DNA of 64,000 bases from Clostridia bacterium (GTDB lineage: Bacteria > Bacillota > Clostridia > UBA1212 > DUPL01), in NCBI GenBank assembly GCA_050951325.1, contig JBMNIW010000008.1, positions 128,001-192,000 of the forward strand. Direction: 5' to 3'. The notes beneath the pieces were generated by a model. That model had not been told where the DNA came from and searched no databases. It saw only the letters and a program-made list of their open reading frames with translations. The translations under genes were made by a program, and so were the position numbers. Of the stretch, positions 59,506 to 64,000 are shown in pieces; the stretch's first letter is position 1, and each line of letters opens with the position of its first letter.

Positions 59506-61335
59506 CTACTTCTGGTCTATCCTCCATGTTCTTTCTTCAAAGTCCACATACACACAGGTCCCATCAGCAAAGGTGGTTCTCTGCTTTCTATATGTCTCAT
59601 CCAGGAACTCATGCTTGACCATCTCTTCATGACAAACCTTTTTATGAAGATCCAGCGCAACCTTGCCAAGTTCAATATTCTCACTTTTTTCACAAATATC
59701 GTAGTATATGGTATCTCCATTCAACAAAGCATGCAGAAATCCCCAATCATCCTTTGGAAGATTCCATCCACCACCTTCAATACCCATCCAAGGTATAACA
59801 ACACAATCATGATACACAAGATTGAAAAGGGGTATGGGAATGCCTATTGCCTCACTTTCATAGCTTCCAATTTCCTCTACTGCAAAAGGAGCATGGTGAA
59901 TAAGAGCCATCGAAGGAAGTATAAAATCACAAGGCTCTTCAGAGCTGGTTATGATGCCCTGACCATCGAGCATCTCAAGGCATTTTATCCTATACTCCGC
60001 ACTTTCCCTTCTTGTCATCATATGCTCCTTATGTGCGCACTCCCTTATTGCCACAACACCAAACACATCCAGATAGGAACCTTCTATGTCAATGCCAAGT
60101 TCCTTGAAAATCATATAGTTTCTCTTTAAATAATATTGGGCAAGCTTTGTACAAAGAAGAGTCTGCTCTCCTCCGTACCAGTAGTTTACGTATTCCCTCT
60201 CCCCAAAGGTATCTGTTATCGCATTTTCAATATCAAAGCTTTCAGCATCGTAATAGTAATCATGGTATTGGTCATGTATTCCAAACACGTAGTCAAGCTC
60301 CTTGCAGGTGTTTGCAAGATACTTCATACCTTCTGCTCCGCCTGCTTTTTCATAGGGAGGAAACACATCCGGATGCAGATTGTCATATCCTCTTTTACCC
60401 CATCCGTCCAGATGTAAATATGCCTTTTCCACACCCATCTCTTTAAGCTTCCTTAATTGTTCCGCTCTTTTGTAAAAGGATACATAATGCTCGTTATGTT
60501 CAGGTCTGTCCGGATCATAATAATGGGTGCCTGGCTTTATATATATTGCAATCGCTGTATGGATAACTGGTGTTCCAACAAGTTTTGCAACATTAGGGTT
60601 CTTCTCCATCTTTTGCCTCAATGTTACGAGTTTTCCTTGTAATTTCACATAATTTCTGTACTCTTTGGCAATCAGATTGTAATCGCAATCCTTTAAAAAC
60701 TTTATTACTATCTCCCTTTCATAAGCCATCTTGCCAAGACTTGGTCTCCAGCCATGCACTACCAAAGTCTCTCCATTTGGGGTATGGGAGACAATTGAAT
60801 TGGCATCATATGGAGTTTCATATATCGCAATATACCCCACGCCTCCCTTGACCTGGCCAAACATCGGCATGTAGTTGTCCCTTTCATACATAAGACCGCC
60901 GGTGTATTGTTTTACCTCTTTAGGCCATTTTGCCGGCAGCAGAACACCCTGCATGTAAGGAAGAACAGAATACCCCTTATCAGGACAGAACTCAAAGGGA
61001 CTTGGCCAATACACCATCTTTATCGAATTGTATTCGTCTCCCTCCACATAGATTCTTAACCTTATCTCACCTGTTGCCCTTTCAATACAAACCTTTGTGT
61101 AACATACAACACCATTATCAAAAACATACTCCGCCTTCACTCCATCTTCGACACCGGTGGAGTACCTTGAAGATGTGCACTTTGCCTGCTCAAAACCTAT
61201 TAGACCACCATCATAGTATTCAATACCCGACTTGCCTTCCTTCCACTTCCAAGACTCATTCAAATATTTGACTTCAAGCAAGACACTCTCCGGATTATAT
61301 ATCACAACCAAATCTTCATAATGCAATGTATACAT
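59506..61335 (-). CDS. GH129-like glycoside hydrolase (alpha-N-acetylgalactosaminidase family / DUF5696)
   Basis: YLHLDGWG..GYDNLHPD, HDQY.DYY, YLDVF, SSEE, IPLFNLVYHDC; no signal peptide; start MYTLH 61335. Confidence 0.75.
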   Translation of the reverse strand: MYTLHYEDLVVIYNPESVLLEVKYLNESWKWKEGKSGIEYYDGGLIGFEQAKCTSSRYSTGVEDGVKAEYVFDNGVVCYTKVCIERATGEIRLRIYVEGDEYNSIKMVYWPSPFEFCPDKGYSVLPYMQGVLLPAKWPKEVKQYTGGLMYERDNYMPMFGQVKGGVGYIAIYETPYDANSIVSHTPNGETLVVHGWRPSLGKMAYEREIVIKFLKDCDYNLIAKEYRNYVKLQGKLVTLRQKMEKNPNVAKLVGTPVIHTAIAIYIKPGTHYYDPDRPEHNEHYVSFYKRAEQLRKLKEMGVEKAYLHLDGWGKRGYDNLHPDVFPPYEKAGGAEGMKYLANTCKELDYVFGIHDQYHDYYYDAESFDIENAITDTFGEREYVNYWYGGEQTLLCTKLAQYYLKRNYMIFKELGIDIEGSYLDVFGVVAIRECAHKEHMMTRRESAEYRIKCLEMLDGQGIITSSEEPCDFILPSMALIHHAPFAVEEIGSYESEAIGIPIPLFNLVYHDCVVIPWMGIEGGGWNLPKDDWGFLHALLNGDTIYYDICEKSENIELGKVALDLHKKVCHEEMVKHEFLDETYRKQRTTFADGTCVYVDFEERTWRIDQK

Positions 61336-61451
61336 CTTTATACCCCTTCCTACTAATGTACATAGCTGCATTATACAGTTTCAAAAGATTAAAAACAATA
61401 GAAAAAGCGCCAAAGCCTTTTTCGCCTTGACGCTTATTCGAAGGTATAAAT

Positions 61452-62030
61452 TTATATTGTTCGTACTCTCTTTTTAAGAAGGAGAGTTGAGAATACGCCA
61501 AATACCGCATACTGTATAATCGCCAAATCACCCGTTGATGGGATTGTTGGCTCTTCTCCCTGATCCTCATCCGCAAGTATGAACTCGAAATAGTCGATAC
61601 TGATGGATCCGGTACATGTAAACTTGAGTTTGGAACCTTCAGGGATGTCAACCTCAATTTCATCCGTATCCAAAAACGGAGCACCCCAGTCTTCCCCAGT
61701 CGGAGTAATATCCACATCAATCAAAGATTCAAATTCACTATCTTTTTCAATAAATACATGCAGTATTGTCCCTTCATGTATCGCCCTGTAATTTACAACA
61801 AACGCTTTGGAAGCGGGAATGTTGTCATAGATTATGACATGTCCGCCAACACTATCAATCCCTATAAACTTTCCACCGCTCATGTTTTCATCATCAGCAA
61901 CCGCAGGATTGCTAACCTCTGGGAGAAAGTCTTCCGCCTCAACTCTTACCCTGTCATCTTCTGCCGATACACCAAGAGCAAGTATAAATACCAGCAATAA
62001 AACGACAAAACAGCAAACTCTCTTTTTCAA
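61452..62030 (-). CDS. Small anchored CBM6/35-like protein with IPSTGD sorting signal
   Basis: Signal peptide, RVEAED...SGGKFIG...IDYFEF, IPSTGD + TM + KKR; probable TTG start 62030. Confidence 0.75.
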   Translation of the reverse strand: MKKRVCCFVVLLLVFILALGVSAEDDRVRVEAEDFLPEVSNPAVADDENMSGGKFIGIDSVGGHVIIYDNIPASKAFVVNYRAIHEGTILHVFIEKDSEFESLIDVDITPTGEDWGAPFLDTDEIEVDIPEGSKLKFTCTGSISIDYFEFILADEDQGEEPTIPSTGDLAIIQYAVFGVFSTLLLKKRVRTI

Positions 62031-62046
62031 AACGATCACCTTTCCT

Positions 62047-63240
62047 TTATTTTTTCTTTTTGACAATAACGAATATTACAACAGCCGCAATAACTACAAT
62101 TGCCGCAATAATTATCCAAACAATGTAGCCAGATGTTTCCTCGTCATTGCCCGATCCGGTCTTGTCATCCGTCTTTCCAGGTGTAGACTCTGTAGTCGGA
62201 TTAGGTGTTGGTGATTCGGTCGGAACGGGTGTTGCAAAAATCTCCTCTATGTTGGAAGTCTTTCCAAGAGCCGCATTTCCCCATACGCAGATATCCGTTC
62301 CTACACCATCATCAACCGGGCTAGTATAGAGTTTCAATACTTTTGCATCCGTCACATCAACAACCACCAGCCTGGGATCTTCGGCAATCGTCATTACATC
62401 GCTCTCATACTTCACGACTCCATCCACTTCCACATAGAACTTGACAGTAGTATCCATACCGGCTGAGTAGTTGGTATTTGTAACATCATCCACACCTATG
62501 TAGGATGCAAAGGTGGTAAAGCCCAACCCCTCTATGTTTATCTCAACAAACTCTGAACCTGGAAAATGTCCGGCAGACATGCATAAACCCTTCGAATATA
62601 CCTCGCCGTTTATGGACAAGTCTGTAAACATGTATGTCGTATCCAGAACTACCCTGGTGGCTCTTAGAAACTCCAAATCACTCAGGAATACATTATTAAG
62701 ATCTTTAACTCCCTCTTTTTGTTTGCCGTCAGTGGGTTTTGGTTTTTCGGATTCATTAAACTTGAACTCGAAATAGTCCACATTGAACGTGCTGGTAGTG
62801 ACAATTGTTACCTTTGAACCTTCCGGTATGTAAATTTGCTCTTCAACAATACCCAGGGTATCACCAAAAGGATCCCAGCCGCCTGTCGCATCATAAATCA
62901 TTGCCCCTATGACTTCCTGCTTTCCTTCTTCAACTTCCAAATAGAAGATTACCTCGCCACCATGGGGAGATGCATAGTTGAAGGAAACTGTTGTCGTCTC
63001 GGGCACATTTTCATAGATAATGGCATAGTTGTAAAAGCCTTCGGTATCCAAAGTATAGTCAATTCCAATATACTTGCCACCACTTGCCTCATCTGACTCT
63101 CCGACAGCAAACCTGCCTACATTATCTTCCGCCTCAAGCTTCGTCACCTCATATTCGGTCTCTTCGGCGGAGATAATTATCGAAGCAGCAAGGCTGACTA
63201 TCAAAATTGCAATAAGTATTAATAGATTTCTCCTGTACAT
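62047..63240 (-). CDS. Surface protein: CBM6/35-like + NPCBM/NEW2 (CBM51-like) domains + C-terminal TM
   Basis: LEAED..SGGKYIG; FLSDL, LSING.VYSKGL, F.SYIGVDD, V.F.V.VDG, WGNA; PT linker, TM and KKKK. Confidence 0.82.
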   Translation of the reverse strand: MYRRNLLILIAILIVSLAASIIISAEETEYEVTKLEAEDNVGRFAVGESDEASGGKYIGIDYTLDTEGFYNYAIIYENVPETTTVSFNYASPHGGEVIFYLEVEEGKQEVIGAMIYDATGGWDPFGDTLGIVEEQIYIPEGSKVTIVTTSTFNVDYFEFKFNESEKPKPTDGKQKEGVKDLNNVFLSDLEFLRATRVVLDTTYMFTDLSINGEVYSKGLCMSAGHFPGSEFVEINIEGLGFTTFASYIGVDDVTNTNYSAGMDTTVKFYVEVDGVVKYESDVMTIAEDPRLVVVDVTDAKVLKLYTSPVDDGVGTDICVWGNAALGKTSNIEEIFATPVPTESPTPNPTTESTPGKTDDKTGSGNDEETSGYIVWIIIAAIVVIAAVVIFVIVKKKK

Positions 63241-63255
63241 AAAAGCACCTTCTTC

Positions 63256-64000
63256 CTAATTTATTTCTATAAACCTTCCTTCTCCAGGAAGCAGTTCAAT
63301 TTCTACCTTGTTTCCATTCTTTAGTTGTTCAAGACCATTGGCTCCCCATACCTTAAACTCATACTTGTCGTCCAGCCTGATGGTTGCCTTCGTACCCTTC
63401 TCATAATCAAAGTTCATAACGTAAAAGCCTGTTTTGCCATCCCTTTCAAAACATCCAATCAGCAATTTTCCATCCGATTCAATTTTGTCTATACCTTCAT
63501 AATTTTCCACTCTCAAGGACTGATCAATGGAAGCCACATACTCTTCAGGCATGTTGTGTGTCATGAACACCTTGTGATCGTACTTCATGAACACACCCTT
63601 CATCGCATTTATATCCTGGTTCTGTTTTTGAACCCTGTAATAAACATCCGTTTTTTCGCCATTGTATGTTATCATGCCTTCAAATACGCCTTCCACACCA
63701 GGTTTATCGTCCGGCTGGCAGTACAGGAAGTATGAAAAGCTCTTTAGACCAAATATCAAGTGGAAATGTACAACGAATCTAAGTTCATCATCATTGGGAA
63801 GTCTTGTCCCCTGCCAGCTGCTGTTTTGTACAAAACCCCATGTGTCTACATTGTACCTTTCTCCATACAACCTTATAATACTGAAATTCTGCAGCATGAG
63901 CTGTATCTTATGATTGTCCTGTGTTTTGTCTGCCAGGAAAGGATAATGGTCAAAAGACAGAACATCAGGCCTTATCATATCCATGTACCTCTCCACATAC
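63256..64000 (-). CDS. Putative glycoside hydrolase-like protein (N-terminus outside window)
   Basis: Open frame at the edge; PDVLSFDHYPF, WGFVQ, G.K.FSYF.Y are typical of TIM-barrel GH-like proteins. Confidence 0.55.
   Translation of the reverse strand, partial: YVERYMDMIRPDVLSFDHYPFLADKTQDNHKIQLMLQNFSIIRLYGERYNVDTWGFVQNSSWQGTRLPNDDELRFVVHFHLIFGLKSFSYFLYCQPDDKPGVEGVFEGMITYNGEKTDVYYRVQKQNQDINAMKGVFMKYDHKVFMTHNMPEEYVASIDQSLRVENYEGIDKIESDGKLLIGCFERDGKTGFYVMNFDYEKGTKATIRLDDKYEFKVWGANGLEQLKNGNKVEIELLPGEGRFIEIN

Overview
Low-GC (roughly 38%) Clostridia-type chromosomal segment. I found no rRNA, tRNA, CRISPR array or transposase. Left to right: an arginine operon (argC-argB-argD-argF-GNAT, no argJ); an AmmeMemoRadiSam locus; GH3, GNAT, deoC, rbsK, ddh, PAP2 and patatin genes; a duplicated cassette of a PT-linker lipoprotein plus an NPPTGD-anchored protein with HD-SRAP in between; oadG-oadB; an oxidative-stress region (PerR-like, rubredoxin, reverse rubrerythrin, CoADR-rhodanese, FprA) enclosing an atypical glycyl-radical enzyme and its activase; an MCP, fumC and purC; and a glycan-utilisation locus at the right end (F5/8C-repeat protein, lipoprotein, GH99-like lipoprotein, AraC regulator, GH129-like hydrolase, CBM/NPCBM surface proteins). 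The most striking observation is that the N-terminal domain of the cytoplasmic AraC regulator is a clear paralogue of the extracellular domain of a lipoprotein two genes away. Several genes carry short (mostly single-base) frameshifts that look like sequencing or assembly indels. All family assignments come from motif recognition, not database searches.
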